Shown: positions 9,681 through 20,676, numbered from the stretch's first letter. The stretch: 64,000 bases of DNA from an uncultured Clostridia bacterium (GCA_963558405.1 CAUWGC010000001.1:64001-128000), one strand, 5' to 3'. Translations and numbers: made by a program. The notes: generated from the sequence alone by a model not told the origin.

Positions 9681-10469
9681 ATGAAAAAAATAATTGTATT
9701 TCTAGCTATTATTATAGTTATTATATTAGGAATAATTATCTCTTTTATTATTCTTAAACATAATAACTACTCTGATAAAGTTAATTTCTATTTTTTTTCG
9801 TTACAAGATGCAGATGCAAGCTTGATAACTTATAAAGACATAGTAATAATTATAGATACTGGAGAAGAAAAAGATCAAGAAAAAATACAAAAAAAACTGC
9901 AAGATGAAAAAATTAAAAAGATTGATTACCTTATATTAACACATCCTGATAAAGATCATATAGGAAATGCACAGTTTTTAATTAAAAATTATCAAATTGA
10001 AAAGATTTTTCAAACAGATTATAACAAAGAGTCTAAATTACAAGAAAATTTAAATAAAATAATAGAAGAAAAAGAAATAGAAAATATAATTTTAACAGAA
10101 AAAATAGAGTTTCAAATAGAAAAACTAAATATTAAAATAGAGCCACCTAGAGTACAATATAAAGATTCAAACAATAATTCTTTAATTGTAACAGTAGAAT
10201 TTAATGGTAAAAAAGCGTTTTACGCTGGAGATATTAGAGAAGAGAGAATGCAAGAGATACTAGGAGATATGGAAACAGTGGACTTATTGAAGTATCCATA
10301 TCATGGAAGAAAAAATGAATTATCAAAAGAATTTATTCAAATGATGAAACCTAAAATGACAGTTATAACAGGAGAAAATCCAGATGAAAGTATAATGAAT
10401 GAATTAAAAAATATAGAAAGTAAAATAAGACTTACAAATAAAAGGCAAGTTGAAATAACATTTGAATAA
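9681..10469 (+). CDS. Membrane-anchored ComEC/Rec2-type MBL-fold hydrolase
   Basis: IIDTG, LTHPDKDHIG, NNNSL, GD and YHG motifs; N-terminal TM. Confidence 0.85.
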   Translation: MKKIIVFLAIIIVIILGIIISFIILKHNNYSDKVNFYFFSLQDADASLITYKDIVIIIDTGEEKDQEKIQKKLQDEKIKKIDYLILTHPDKDHIGNAQFLIKNYQIEKIFQTDYNKESKLQENLNKIIEEKEIENIILTEKIEFQIEKLNIKIEPPRVQYKDSNNNSLIVTVEFNGKKAFYAGDIREERMQEILGDMETVDLLKYPYHGRKNELSKEFIQMMKPKMTVITGENPDESIMNELKNIESKIRLTNKRQVEITFE

Positions 10470-10507
10470 AAAGGGGGAAAAGTTAGTATTAGAATACTAG
10501 CGTAAAT

Positions 10508-11206
10508 ATGAATAAAGTTGTAAGACAAGAAAAAAAGTTTCTAATAGGAACAGAAGAGTCATATAGCTTAAATAATTATTTATCAAAAATGCTTATAGAA
10601 GATAAACATAATGGCTCAAAAGGATATATTGTTAGATCTTTATACTTTGATACTTTATTTGATAAAGATTTTAGAGATAAAGAAGATGGAATAGAGCTTA
10701 GACGAAAAATTAGATTAAGAATATACAATCCTGATGATGATTTTGCAGTACTTGAAATGAAGCAAAAAGAGGGAGCCTACCAATTAAAAAGATCATTAAA
10801 AATTACTAGAGATGAAGCACAAGAATTAACAAAGAGAAATTATGGGGTATTATTAAATCATAAAGAGGATTTTGCAAAAGAGTGCTATGGATTAATGAAT
10901 ATGCAATGCTATTTGCCAAAAACAATAGTGCAATACAATAGAAAAGCTTTTATTGCAAAAGAAAACAATATAAGAATTACTTTTGATTCAAACATAATAG
11001 CGACAGAAACATGTTTTGATATATTTTCTAAAAATTTGAATATGTATCCTGTTTTTAATAAAGATAATACTGTACTAGAAATAAAATATAATGGTTTTTT
11101 GTTAGGATATATAAAAGATATGCTAGAAAATGTTCAAAAATCAGAAGTATCTGTAAGTAAATATTGTTTAGCAAGAACAGTAAGCTTAAAGTATCTATAT
11201 GTGTAA
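10508..11206 (+). CDS. VTC/polyphosphate polymerase domain protein (CYTH-like)
   Basis: RQEKKF, RSLYFDT, RRKIRLRIY, LEMKQK, RITFD, LEIKY and SKY motifs. Confidence 0.9.
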   Translation: MNKVVRQEKKFLIGTEESYSLNNYLSKMLIEDKHNGSKGYIVRSLYFDTLFDKDFRDKEDGIELRRKIRLRIYNPDDDFAVLEMKQKEGAYQLKRSLKITRDEAQELTKRNYGVLLNHKEDFAKECYGLMNMQCYLPKTIVQYNRKAFIAKENNIRITFDSNIIATETCFDIFSKNLNMYPVFNKDNTVLEIKYNGFLLGYIKDMLENVQKSEVSVSKYCLARTVSLKYLYV

Positions 11207-11267
11207 TAAACAGTTTATACTGCTTTATAATAATATTATTAAAAATTATATAAATATAGGGGGAAAA

Positions 11268-11945
11268 ATGAAAGAGAATTTATTTAGTTTATTAGAAAAT
11301 GGTAGTCAATTAACGATAGAAGAGATGGTAGTTCATATTATAATGTCGTTAATATTAGGTTTTGCAATATTTTTATCCTACAAATTAACTCATACAGGAA
11401 CAATTTATAGCAAAAAATTTAACACTTCACTAGTAATACTTGCAACGCTTACTGGAATGGTAATGACTGTTATTGGAAATAATGTAGCTTTATCTTTAGG
11501 TATGGTTGGTGCATTATCAATTGTAAGATTTAGAACAGCAATAAAAGATTCTAGAGATACAGTATATATTTTTTGGGCAATAATAGTTGGTATTTGTTGT
11601 GGTGTTGGAGATTATACTGTTGCTGCAATAGGTAGTATAGCAGTATTTATTATTGCTTTAATTTTAGGTAGAGTAAAAAATGATGAAAGAATTTTATTAA
11701 TAATAAGAGCAGGAAAAGTATTAGAAAGAAATGTAGAAGCAACAGTATTTAAGTATTTTGAGAGAAAAGCAATTCTAAAAGTTAAAAATACCACACAAGA
11801 AAATGTAGAATTTATATATGAACTATCAAGTAAAACATATAACCTTGTAAATAAAAAAGAAAAAAATATCACAGATTTATTATATGAATTAGGTGCAGTA
11901 GAATATGTTAATATCGTAACTCAAAGTGATGAAATTAGTGGATAG
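11268..11945 (+). CDS. DUF4956 family membrane protein
   Basis: IGNNVALSLGMVGALSIVRFRTAIKDSRD signature; start moved to ATG 11268, which follows RBS AGGGGG. Confidence 0.9.
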   Translation: MKENLFSLLENGSQLTIEEMVVHIIMSLILGFAIFLSYKLTHTGTIYSKKFNTSLVILATLTGMVMTVIGNNVALSLGMVGALSIVRFRTAIKDSRDTVYIFWAIIVGICCGVGDYTVAAIGSIAVFIIALILGRVKNDERILLIIRAGKVLERNVEATVFKYFERKAILKVKNTTQENVEFIYELSSKTYNLVNKKEKNITDLLYELGAVEYVNIVTQSDEISG

Positions 11946-11954
11946 TGGTTAAAA

Positions 11955-13376
11955 ATGAAAAATAAAATAATTTATTTAGTAACATGTATAATTTTACTAT
12001 GTGTGGTAATATTTGTGAATACAGTAGATGTTAAAGAAAATAATAGAATTCATCAACATTTAAGTAATAAAAAAGAAGTAAAAACAGATAATGTAGATGA
12101 ATTTAATACTCACCTTCCAATTGTTACAATAGATACAAATGGATTAGAAATTCCTGGAGAAGCAAGAGATGGAAGTACAATAAATTCAAACATAAAAATA
12201 TATGATGATGAAACTAAAAATAATTATTTATCAGATGCTCCAAAAATAACAACAGTAGCTACAATTAGAGCTAGAGGAAATTCATCATTACGTTTTGATA
12301 AAAAAGGATATTTATTAAAATTTATAAATGAGGATGGTAGTGAAAATAAGCAGGAAGTAATGGGAATGGATAGCCATGATGAGTGGATTCTTAATGGACC
12401 TTTCTTAGATAAAACTTTAATACGTAACTATATGTGTTACAATATTTCTGCTGAGATAATGGGATATGCTCCTAATGTAAGATTTTGTGAAGTATTTATA
12501 AATAATCAATATAAAGGTTTATACCTTATGCTAGAATCTATAACCAGAAGTGATAATGGAAGAATTGATATTTCAAAATATGAAGAAAAAAATAATTATA
12601 CGGGTTATATTGTAAGAATTGATAGGGGAAGCTCTGATGAAATGCAAAATGTTAATTCATTAATCAAATACGGAAAATTAGTACCTGAAACAACATATAT
12701 AGATATTATTTATCCACCCAAAACAAAGCTTAATGAAAAAATAAAACTATATATAGAAAGAGATATGAGTAAATTAGATAAGGCTCTTTATTCTTTTGAC
12801 TATGATGAAGCAGAATATGGTTACGAAAATTATATCAATACTGATAATTTTGTTGATTATTTTATTATTAATGAGTTCACACAAAATTATGATGCAGGAG
12901 GTCTATCAACATATCTCTATAAAGACGTAAGAGGAAAATTTAATTTATGTGTATGGGATTTTAATAATGCATTTGACAACTATCAAGAATCTAGTACCAA
13001 AGATAGAAATTTTGAAATGAGAGACAAACCATATTTTTATATGTTAACCAAAGATGAAAAATTTAATAAAAAAGTAATAGAAAGATTTAGAGAATTAAGA
13101 AAAACATATTTTAGCGAAGAATATTTGATGAATTATATTGATGAAACAATTGCATTTTTAGGAGATGCTATAGATAGGAATTTTGAAGTATGGGGGTATT
13201 CATTTAATAACGATTGTAAAATGTTAACACCTATTGAGAGAAATTTACATAGCTATGATGAAGCTGTTAGCCAATTAAAAAAATTTATAAAAAGCAGATG
13301 TGCTTATTTAGATGAAAACATAGAATCGTTACTTCAATTTTCACATGAATCAGCTGTAAAAACATATAATCATTAG
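11955..13376 (+). CDS. CotH kinase family protein
   Basis: RGNSS...KKGY, DKTLIRNY, YKGLYLMLE and WDFNNAF motifs; N-terminal signal/TM. Confidence 0.9.
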   Translation: MKNKIIYLVTCIILLCVVIFVNTVDVKENNRIHQHLSNKKEVKTDNVDEFNTHLPIVTIDTNGLEIPGEARDGSTINSNIKIYDDETKNNYLSDAPKITTVATIRARGNSSLRFDKKGYLLKFINEDGSENKQEVMGMDSHDEWILNGPFLDKTLIRNYMCYNISAEIMGYAPNVRFCEVFINNQYKGLYLMLESITRSDNGRIDISKYEEKNNYTGYIVRIDRGSSDEMQNVNSLIKYGKLVPETTYIDIIYPPKTKLNEKIKLYIERDMSKLDKALYSFDYDEAEYGYENYINTDNFVDYFIINEFTQNYDAGGLSTYLYKDVRGKFNLCVWDFNNAFDNYQESSTKDRNFEMRDKPYFYMLTKDEKFNKKVIERFRELRKTYFSEEYLMNYIDETIAFLGDAIDRNFEVWGYSFNNDCKMLTPIERNLHSYDEAVSQLKKFIKSRCAYLDENIESLLQFSHESAVKTYNH

Positions 13377-13386
13377 GAGGGAAAAC

Positions 13387-15519
13387 TTGAAAAAGTTTAT
13401 TATCATTTGTGGAATAATAATAATTGGTATTATCTTAGGAGATATATTATTTTATCGATATGGATTTTTTATAGATTTTAATCCTAAAAAAGAGGTTACG
13501 ACACAGATAAAAACAGAAGGAAAGAAAATCTATCTAAATAAAGGAAATGGATATAATGAATTTGAAATAAAAGGCGTAGATTTAGGTGCAAGTATACCAG
13601 GGCATTTTGCTACAGATTATGCAATAGATAAAGAAACTTATTTGCGATGGTTTAAATTAATACAAGAGATGGGAGCAAATACGATTAGAGTGTATACAAT
13701 TTTGCATGATGACTTTTATGATGCTATATATGAATATAATAAAGATAATGATAATCCATTATATGTCATACATGGTATATGGGTAAATGATTATGTATTA
13801 TACTCACATCATACAGGTTATGATAAAGAATTTCTTGGAGCATTATTGGAAGATTCAAAGATTCTAGTAGATATATTACATGGAAAAAGAAAAATAAATG
13901 AGAATGAGGCTTATGGTAATGGTATCTATACCCATGATATATCTGATTGGGTAATAGGCTATATAATAGGTGTTGAATGGGAAGGAATTACAGTAGCCTA
14001 TACTGATTTTATGGAACAAGACAAATCAAGCTATAATGGAAAGTATATGTACACTACAGAACAAGCAACACCTTTTGAGGCTATGCTTGCACAAGTAGGA
14101 GATAAAATTTTTGAATATGAAACATCTAGATATAAAACGCAGAAATTAGTTGCATTTTCTAATTGGCCAACAACAGATCCTATTGATTATCCGGAAAATA
14201 TAACAACATATTTTCATAAATGTTCAAAGGTAGATGTAGAACATATAAAAACAACTGATAAAGTAATATCAGGAACTTTTGCATCTTATCATATATATCC
14301 ATATTTCCCTGATTATATGGATTTTATGGATAATGTACAAGAATTTAAAGATGAAACTGGTACAATTAATACATATAGAAAATATTTAGAAGTTTTAAAT
14401 CAGCATCATGAGATACCTGTTATTATATCTGAATTCGGAGTACCATCATCAAGAGGTATGGGACAAAGGGATAAAAATACAGGAAGAAACCAAGGAGGAA
14501 TGTCAGAAACTCAGCAAGGAGAAGCAATTATCAAATGTTATGATGATATAAAGAAATCAGGATGTTCAGGTAGTATAATATTTATGTGGCAAGATGAATG
14601 GTCAAAAAAAACATGGAATACTCTTAATTCGGTTAATCTTCAAAAAATTCCTTATTGGAGTGATTATCAAACAAATGAGCAATCATTTGGATTACTTTCG
14701 TTTGATCCAGGTAAAGAGAAGAGTGTATGTTATGTGGATGGGGATGTATCAGAATGGAATGATGAGGATTTAGTTTCAGGAAATGATAATTTAAATATTT
14801 CAATGAAATATGATGAAAAATTTATATATTTTAAAGTAAATAAAAAAGATTATAAAGAAACAGATATTTTATACATTCCAATAGATACCACACCAAAAAC
14901 AGGGAGTGATTATTGCTCAAATTATGATATTAAATTTGAAAATAATGTGGATTTTGTTATTGCTATAGATGGCAAGGAAAATAGCAGGGTATTAGTACAA
15001 GAAAGATATGAAATATTGCGCGCAATGTCAAGCTATGAGGTATATGGCGTGGATGCATATGTTGATGCACCAAGTAAAATGACATCAAACTTTAAGCAAA
15101 TTAATTTACTATTAAAAACAGGTAAAAGGTCAGAAGAAGAAGAAAAAATGATTAAACCTGAAACTTATGAAACAGGTAAGTTAACATATGGAAAAGCAAA
15201 TCCAGAAGCAGAAAATTTTAATTCGCTAGCAGATTTTTGCATTAATGGAGACAATATAGAAATAAAAATACCATGGCAATTATTAAATTTTTCAAATCCA
15301 TCAGAAATGATGATTCATGATGATTATTATAAAAATTATGGAGTAGAAGAAATACAAATTGATAAAATGTATGTGGGAATAGGAACAAATGAGAATAAAA
15401 ATGAAAGAATAGAAATGGATGATTTTTCATTAGTAGGATGGGGCAAAAATGTAACATATCATGAAAGACTAAAAGAATCATATTACATGATAAAAGAAGT
15501 GTGGACCCAAAATCCATAA
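13387..15519 (+). CDS. Membrane-anchored clan GH-A-like glycoside hydrolase
   Basis: KGVDLG, GANTIRVYT, IGVEWE (acid/base-like) and ISEFG (nucleophile-like) motifs; TTG start after AGGAGG. Confidence 0.75.
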   Translation: MKKFIIICGIIIIGIILGDILFYRYGFFIDFNPKKEVTTQIKTEGKKIYLNKGNGYNEFEIKGVDLGASIPGHFATDYAIDKETYLRWFKLIQEMGANTIRVYTILHDDFYDAIYEYNKDNDNPLYVIHGIWVNDYVLYSHHTGYDKEFLGALLEDSKILVDILHGKRKINENEAYGNGIYTHDISDWVIGYIIGVEWEGITVAYTDFMEQDKSSYNGKYMYTTEQATPFEAMLAQVGDKIFEYETSRYKTQKLVAFSNWPTTDPIDYPENITTYFHKCSKVDVEHIKTTDKVISGTFASYHIYPYFPDYMDFMDNVQEFKDETGTINTYRKYLEVLNQHHEIPVIISEFGVPSSRGMGQRDKNTGRNQGGMSETQQGEAIIKCYDDIKKSGCSGSIIFMWQDEWSKKTWNTLNSVNLQKIPYWSDYQTNEQSFGLLSFDPGKEKSVCYVDGDVSEWNDEDLVSGNDNLNISMKYDEKFIYFKVNKKDYKETDILYIPIDTTPKTGSDYCSNYDIKFENNVDFVIAIDGKENSRVLVQERYEILRAMSSYEVYGVDAYVDAPSKMTSNFKQINLLLKTGKRSEEEEKMIKPETYETGKLTYGKANPEAENFNSLADFCINGDNIEIKIPWQLLNFSNPSEMMIHDDYYKNYGVEEIQIDKMYVGIGTNENKNERIEMDDFSLVGWGKNVTYHERLKESYYMIKEVWTQNP

Positions 15520-15525
15520 GGGGGA

Positions 15526-16629
15526 ATGTTTATGGTAAAAATACAATATCTTATATATCTATATATGGCATTATGTGCATGTATGATGATATATAACATA
15601 GTGTATACATTGTACAATCGAACCACAGAAAGAAATATAGAAAAGCAAAAAAATGGATTTATAAAGAAAATAAAAAATCAAATTAGTTTAGTAGAAAGTG
15701 GCATAACTCTTTTACCAAAACATAGAAAATACTTATACAATAAATTAAAAAGGACACATAATTTATTACTTTTTGAGCAAATTTTAGATGAACAAACACA
15801 AGAAATAAGAAAAAAATACATAGAAAATATAGAAAATATTTTTTGTGAATTAGCAATATATTATCAAAATTCAGATAATATAAAGAAAGCCTATTTTGCA
15901 TATATAGTTGGAAAATATAAAATAGAACATAATACAATAACAAATACTTTATTTATGTTTTTAGATGAGGAAGCTATGTATTGCAGAGATAATAGTATAA
16001 AAGCAATTGTAAGACTTGGAAAGATTAATAATATAATAAAGGTTTTTAAAGAGATAAGTAAAAGTAGTTATTATTATAGCGTGGAAATGTTATTTGAAAA
16101 TTTATTAAAATTCGATGGAGACAAAGAAATATTATCAGAAAAAATGTGGCAAGAATTTTGGGAATTTAATAAAAATATACAGATAGCAATAATAAAGTTT
16201 ATAACTAAATCTAAACTTAATTATTCAGAAGAATTTTTAAGATTACTAAATAATAAAGAAATTAACAATGAAATAAAAGTAGAATTAATAAAATATTTTA
16301 AAGATAATACTTGTCCTGAAGTTGAAAGTTTACTAATTAATTATACTAAATATACAGGCATTTTGAACAGAGAATTAGTAATAGAATCTGCCAAAATATT
16401 AAGTGCATATAACAGTATAGAGGTAAAAGATGCATTAAAGGAATTATTAAAAAGAAATGATTGGGATATAAGAATGGTAGCTTCAGAAAGTTTATCAATT
16501 TTAGGTACAAGTTATTATGAATTAGCAGATATATATAATAGTGAAGACAATGTAGCAAGAAGAATTTTAAGATATAAAATTCAAAATTACAAATATACAA
16601 ATATGAATCCAAAAATAGAGGTGAGTTAA
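15526..16629 (+). CDS. Membrane-anchored HEAT-repeat protein
   Basis: N-terminal TM; helical repeats such as LLKRNDWDIRMVASESL; abuts the GT2 gene. Confidence 0.75.
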   Translation: MFMVKIQYLIYLYMALCACMMIYNIVYTLYNRTTERNIEKQKNGFIKKIKNQISLVESGITLLPKHRKYLYNKLKRTHNLLLFEQILDEQTQEIRKKYIENIENIFCELAIYYQNSDNIKKAYFAYIVGKYKIEHNTITNTLFMFLDEEAMYCRDNSIKAIVRLGKINNIIKVFKEISKSSYYYSVEMLFENLLKFDGDKEILSEKMWQEFWEFNKNIQIAIIKFITKSKLNYSEEFLRLLNNKEINNEIKVELIKYFKDNTCPEVESLLINYTKYTGILNRELVIESAKILSAYNSIEVKDALKELLKRNDWDIRMVASESLSILGTSYYELADIYNSEDNVARRILRYKIQNYKYTNMNPKIEVS

Positions 16630-18045
16630 ATGACTATAGAAGTAATAAAATTTATACTAAATATAGTAGAAATATTTTTTATAATATACTTAATAGGATA
16701 TTCTTCTTTTTTATTTATTTCAGTAGTTATTGGCTCCATAACGTTATACAAACAAAAAAGATTAAAAAAATTAAAAGAAAAATTAGAAACAAATTATGAT
16801 ATACCTGTATCTATAATAGTTCCAGCTCATAATGAAGAAATAACAGTAATAGATACTGTAAATTCTTTACTAGAATTAGAATACAGTAAATATGAAATAA
16901 TAGTAGTAGACGACGGTTCAAAAGATTCAACATCAAGAAAATTAATAGAATATTTTGAAATGCATAAGGTAAATAGACCAATAGAAAAGGTTATAAAGTG
17001 CAAACAAGAAGAATATGTATATGAAACAAATTCTTTAAAAGTACCACTAACCGTAGTAAGAAAAAGAAATGGTGGAAAAGCAGATGCACTTAATATGGGA
17101 ATTAACTTATCACAATACCCATATTTTATATGTATGGATGCAGATTCTGTACTTCAATATGATTCATTAAAAAATATAACACTACCTTTTAGAGAAAGAG
17201 AAGATATTGTGGCATGTGGAGGATTAATAAGAATATCAAATGATATTGAGTTTGAAAAAGGTAGAGTAAAAAAATACAGATTACCTAAAAAAGTATTAAC
17301 AGCTATGCAAGTGTTAGAATATGATAGATCATTTTTTGCCTCAAGAATTATGCTAGATGGATTTAATGGTAATTTAATTATTTCCGGAGCATTTGGATTG
17401 TTTAAAAAAGAAATAGTGGTAGCAGTAGGAGGTTATGATACAAATACTGTTGGAGAAGATATGGAGTTAGTTATGAAGTTACATGTTTTCTTAAAATTAA
17501 ATAAAATACCATATTCAATAAAATATGTTCCAGATGCTATATGTTGGAGCCAAGCACCAGAAAAATTAGGGGACTTAATTAAACAGAGAAGAAGATGGCA
17601 TATGGGACTATTCCAAAGTATAGGAAAATATAAAGAAATGTTTTTAAATATGAAATTTGGAACTTTAAGTTTTATATCCTATTTATATTTTTTAATATAT
17701 GAATTGTTATCACCACTTATAGAAATAACGGGAATTGTAGTAACTATTATTTCATTTATGGTAAATTTAATAAATGTGAACTTTATGATAATATTTTTCT
17801 TGCTATATGCAGCTTTTGGAGCGATTCTTTCACTTACAATTTTCTTGGCAAGGGTATATGTACAAGATAGTAAATTAAGTTTTATAGATTTTATTAGGGC
17901 GTTGTTTTTATGCTTTATAGAAATAGCAGGATTAAGACAAATAATGTCAATAGCAAGAATGACGGCATTTATAGGATACAAAAAGAGAAAATTACAATGG
18001 GAAGATTTAACTAGAAAAGAACAAAAAATTACAATTAACAGCTAA
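16630..18045 (+). CDS. Processive GT2 glycosyltransferase (PgaC/IcaA-like polysaccharide synthase)
   Basis: PAHNEE, DDGS, GGKADALN, DADS, GED and QRRRW motifs; C-terminal TM helices. Confidence 0.92.
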   Translation: MTIEVIKFILNIVEIFFIIYLIGYSSFLFISVVIGSITLYKQKRLKKLKEKLETNYDIPVSIIVPAHNEEITVIDTVNSLLELEYSKYEIIVVDDGSKDSTSRKLIEYFEMHKVNRPIEKVIKCKQEEYVYETNSLKVPLTVVRKRNGGKADALNMGINLSQYPYFICMDADSVLQYDSLKNITLPFREREDIVACGGLIRISNDIEFEKGRVKKYRLPKKVLTAMQVLEYDRSFFASRIMLDGFNGNLIISGAFGLFKKEIVVAVGGYDTNTVGEDMELVMKLHVFLKLNKIPYSIKYVPDAICWSQAPEKLGDLIKQRRRWHMGLFQSIGKYKEMFLNMKFGTLSFISYLYFLIYELLSPLIEITGIVVTIISFMVNLINVNFMIIFFLLYAAFGAILSLTIFLARVYVQDSKLSFIDFIRALFLCFIEIAGLRQIMSIARMTAFIGYKKRKLQWEDLTRKEQKITINS

Positions 18046-18136
18046 CAAATATAAATACTTCTTAGTTTTAAAATAATATATAGTAGTGAATTGCGTTGAT
18101 TGATTATATAATAGAAATCGTAAAGAGGGGAGATTA

Positions 18137-20068
18137 ATGTTTAAATTGTTAAGTAAAAGTAATTTTAAAATAAAAGTAATAATGTTTATTTTTACGATTG
18201 TTCTTATATTATGTAATAGTGTTGTTTATGCAGAAGAACAAATTTATACAAAAACGGAATTGGAATACATAGAAAATCATAAAAAAATTTATATTGCAGG
18301 GAATCAAAATTTAGAACCAGTAGAATCATATGATGGGGAAAAATATATAGGAATATTACCAGATATATTTGACGAAATATCAAATATATCTGGAATAGAG
18401 TTCGTTTATATAAACGGCAATCAAAATTGGAAGGAGTATGCTCAAAACAATCAAGTTGAGATTGTATCAGGAATTGAAGCAGGAATGAATTTAGAGCAAT
18501 ATGGTTTAAAAAATAGTATAGAACTTGTAAACCTACCTTCAGAAAATGAAGAAAAAATAATTTCAATTGCTTTTACAGAAATTGTAGATGACCAACTTAT
18601 AGAAATTATAAAAAAATCATTAAACCAAATAACTGAATTTGAAAAACAAAAAATTATTATTTCAAATGCAACTGAAGAAATATCAAATGTTGGATTATTT
18701 CATTCACTAATTTCAATAGGTTTAGTATTATTCATTATTAGTTTAATATTTTTTATACTATACAAAAAATATAAAAAAGAAGCCATAAAAGCAAAATATG
18801 TTGATAATATTACTCATATGGGTAACTATCAATTAATGGAAAAAAATTTTAACAACATTATTACAGATAATAACAGAACATCATATTGTATAGTAAATAT
18901 AGGTATTGATGTTGAACATATTGAAAAATTATATGGATATGCAGAAGTGGAAAAAATTTTAAAAGATGTTTCATGCATATTAAGCAAAAATATAAATAAA
19001 CATGAATTATATGCAAGAATATATAAAGAATCTTTTGTAATAATGGCTGATTATACATCCGAAAAGAATATAATAGAGAGAATAACTATAATGATAAATG
19101 AATTAAAAGATCAAGTAAGTGATAAAAATAAAGCGTATAGATTAAATATATATGCTGGAATATATGTTTTAAATCAAACTGATACTATTTTAGATAAAGC
19201 AGTATATAAGGCAATGTTAGCAAAAAATTCAGCTAAAGAACAAGGAACTTTAGTAAAAATGTGTACACAAGCTTTAATAATGAAAACAAAAAAAGAAAAT
19301 AGTTTAGAAAATGAAATGTTAACTGCACTAAATAATGATGAATTTTTAACATATGTACAACCTATGATAGATATAAAAACTGGAAAAACACAGTGTCTAG
19401 AAGCTTTGGCAAGATGGGAAAGTCCAAAAATGGGATTGGTTAAACCAAGTACATTTATATCTATATTTGAAAATAACAATATAATAGATAAGTTGGATTT
19501 TCAAATGTATGAAAATATATGCAAAATGTTATCAAAAATTTTACAAAATAATGAAGAAATTTCTACGGTATTTTGCAACTTTTCTAAAAAAACTATTGAA
19601 AAGAAAAACTTTTTTGATGAATTAGAAAAAATAGCCGAAAAATATAATGTTCCAAAACAATATATAGGAATTATAATACATGAAAAAATGATAGATTATA
19701 ATATGTTGAATTTAAGTATATTTATTAAAAAGTTAAAAGATATTGGATTTTCAATTTTATTAGATGATTTTGACTCGTCTGTATTTTCTTTTAAGGAGAT
19801 AGAACAACTTCATATTGATTATGTAAAGATTTCTTCAAAATTAATTGAAAATTTGGATGATATAAAAACTGTTCAAATTATTAGAAAAATTGTAGAAACA
19901 TTTCATGAATTGAATATAGAAGTTATTTGTAAAGATTTTAGCAAAACAGGAGAAAATAAGCAAATATTAGAAGAAGTTGGTTCTGTTATTATACAAGGAA
20001 GTGCATATTATCCGCCAGTTCCGATAGAAGAATTTACTTCTGAATATATGGCTTTTTCAAATTTTTAA
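18137..20068 (+). CDS. Sensor protein: solute-binding domain, TM, degenerate GGDEF and EAL domains
   Basis: YVQP, EALARW and LDDFDS motifs; the GGDEF position reads RIYKESF. Confidence 0.85.
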   Translation: MFKLLSKSNFKIKVIMFIFTIVLILCNSVVYAEEQIYTKTELEYIENHKKIYIAGNQNLEPVESYDGEKYIGILPDIFDEISNISGIEFVYINGNQNWKEYAQNNQVEIVSGIEAGMNLEQYGLKNSIELVNLPSENEEKIISIAFTEIVDDQLIEIIKKSLNQITEFEKQKIIISNATEEISNVGLFHSLISIGLVLFIISLIFFILYKKYKKEAIKAKYVDNITHMGNYQLMEKNFNNIITDNNRTSYCIVNIGIDVEHIEKLYGYAEVEKILKDVSCILSKNINKHELYARIYKESFVIMADYTSEKNIIERITIMINELKDQVSDKNKAYRLNIYAGIYVLNQTDTILDKAVYKAMLAKNSAKEQGTLVKMCTQALIMKTKKENSLENEMLTALNNDEFLTYVQPMIDIKTGKTQCLEALARWESPKMGLVKPSTFISIFENNNIIDKLDFQMYENICKMLSKILQNNEEISTVFCNFSKKTIEKKNFFDELEKIAEKYNVPKQYIGIIIHEKMIDYNMLNLSIFIKKLKDIGFSILLDDFDSSVFSFKEIEQLHIDYVKISSKLIENLDDIKTVQIIRKIVETFHELNIEVICKDFSKTGENKQILEEVGSVIIQGSAYYPPVPIEEFTSEYMAFSNF

Positions 20069-20114
20069 TGCTTGACAATGGAAAATATAATTATCAAAAT
20101 TTTTCCAAAAACCC

Positions 20115-20143
20115 TTGATTTTATCATAAAAAAAGGGTATAAT
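20115..20143 (+). promoter_or_regulatory. SigA promoter of the rimP-nusA-infB operon
   Basis: TTGATT-17 nt-TATAAT. Confidence 0.7.
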
Positions 20144-20168
20144 ACTATTAGCAAATATAAATTGACAG

Positions 20169-20193
20169 AAGAGTGGGAACAAATCCCACTCTT
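20169..20193 (+). promoter_or_regulatory. rimP leader hairpin
   Basis: AAGAGTGGGA-ACAAA-TCCCACTCTT, the GAGTGGG/CCCACTC stem commonly found ahead of Firmicutes rimP. Confidence 0.7.
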
Positions 20194-20217
20194 TGGTTAT
20201 GTATAGGAGGAAGTTTT

Positions 20218-20676
20218 TTGAGTATAGAGGAAAAAACAGAGGGGTTAATTAAAAATAAAGTTGAGGAACTTGGTTATTCTTTATATGATGTGTATTATGT
20301 AAAAGAGGGAAAGGACTACTTTTTACGTGTTATTATTGACAATGTAGAAGGGATTAATTTAGAAGATTGTGAAAAAGTTAGTAATGCCATAAATCCTATT
20401 TTAGATGAAGCAGATTATATTAAAGAACAATATTTTTTGGAGGTATCTTCTCCAGGAATAGAAAAAGTTTTAAGAAAAGAAAAACATTTTGAAGAAGCTT
20501 TGGAAAAAGAAGTTGAAATAAGTTTGTTTAAACCATTAGATGGTCAAAAAATATTTTCTGGTATTTTAAAAGGATTTGATAAAGAAAATATAAAAATAGA
20601 AACAGAAAATATGGAAAAACAAATAGATAGAAAAAACATAGCTTTGATAAAAACAAAATATAATTGGGATGAATAA
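20218..20676 (+). CDS. rimP: Ribosome maturation factor RimP
   Basis: LRVIID...EDCEKVS and YFLEVSSPGIE motifs; TTG start after AGGAGG. Confidence 0.95.
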   Translation: MSIEEKTEGLIKNKVEELGYSLYDVYYVKEGKDYFLRVIIDNVEGINLEDCEKVSNAINPILDEADYIKEQYFLEVSSPGIEKVLRKEKHFEEALEKEVEISLFKPLDGQKIFSGILKGFDKENIKIETENMEKQIDRKNIALIKTKYNWDE

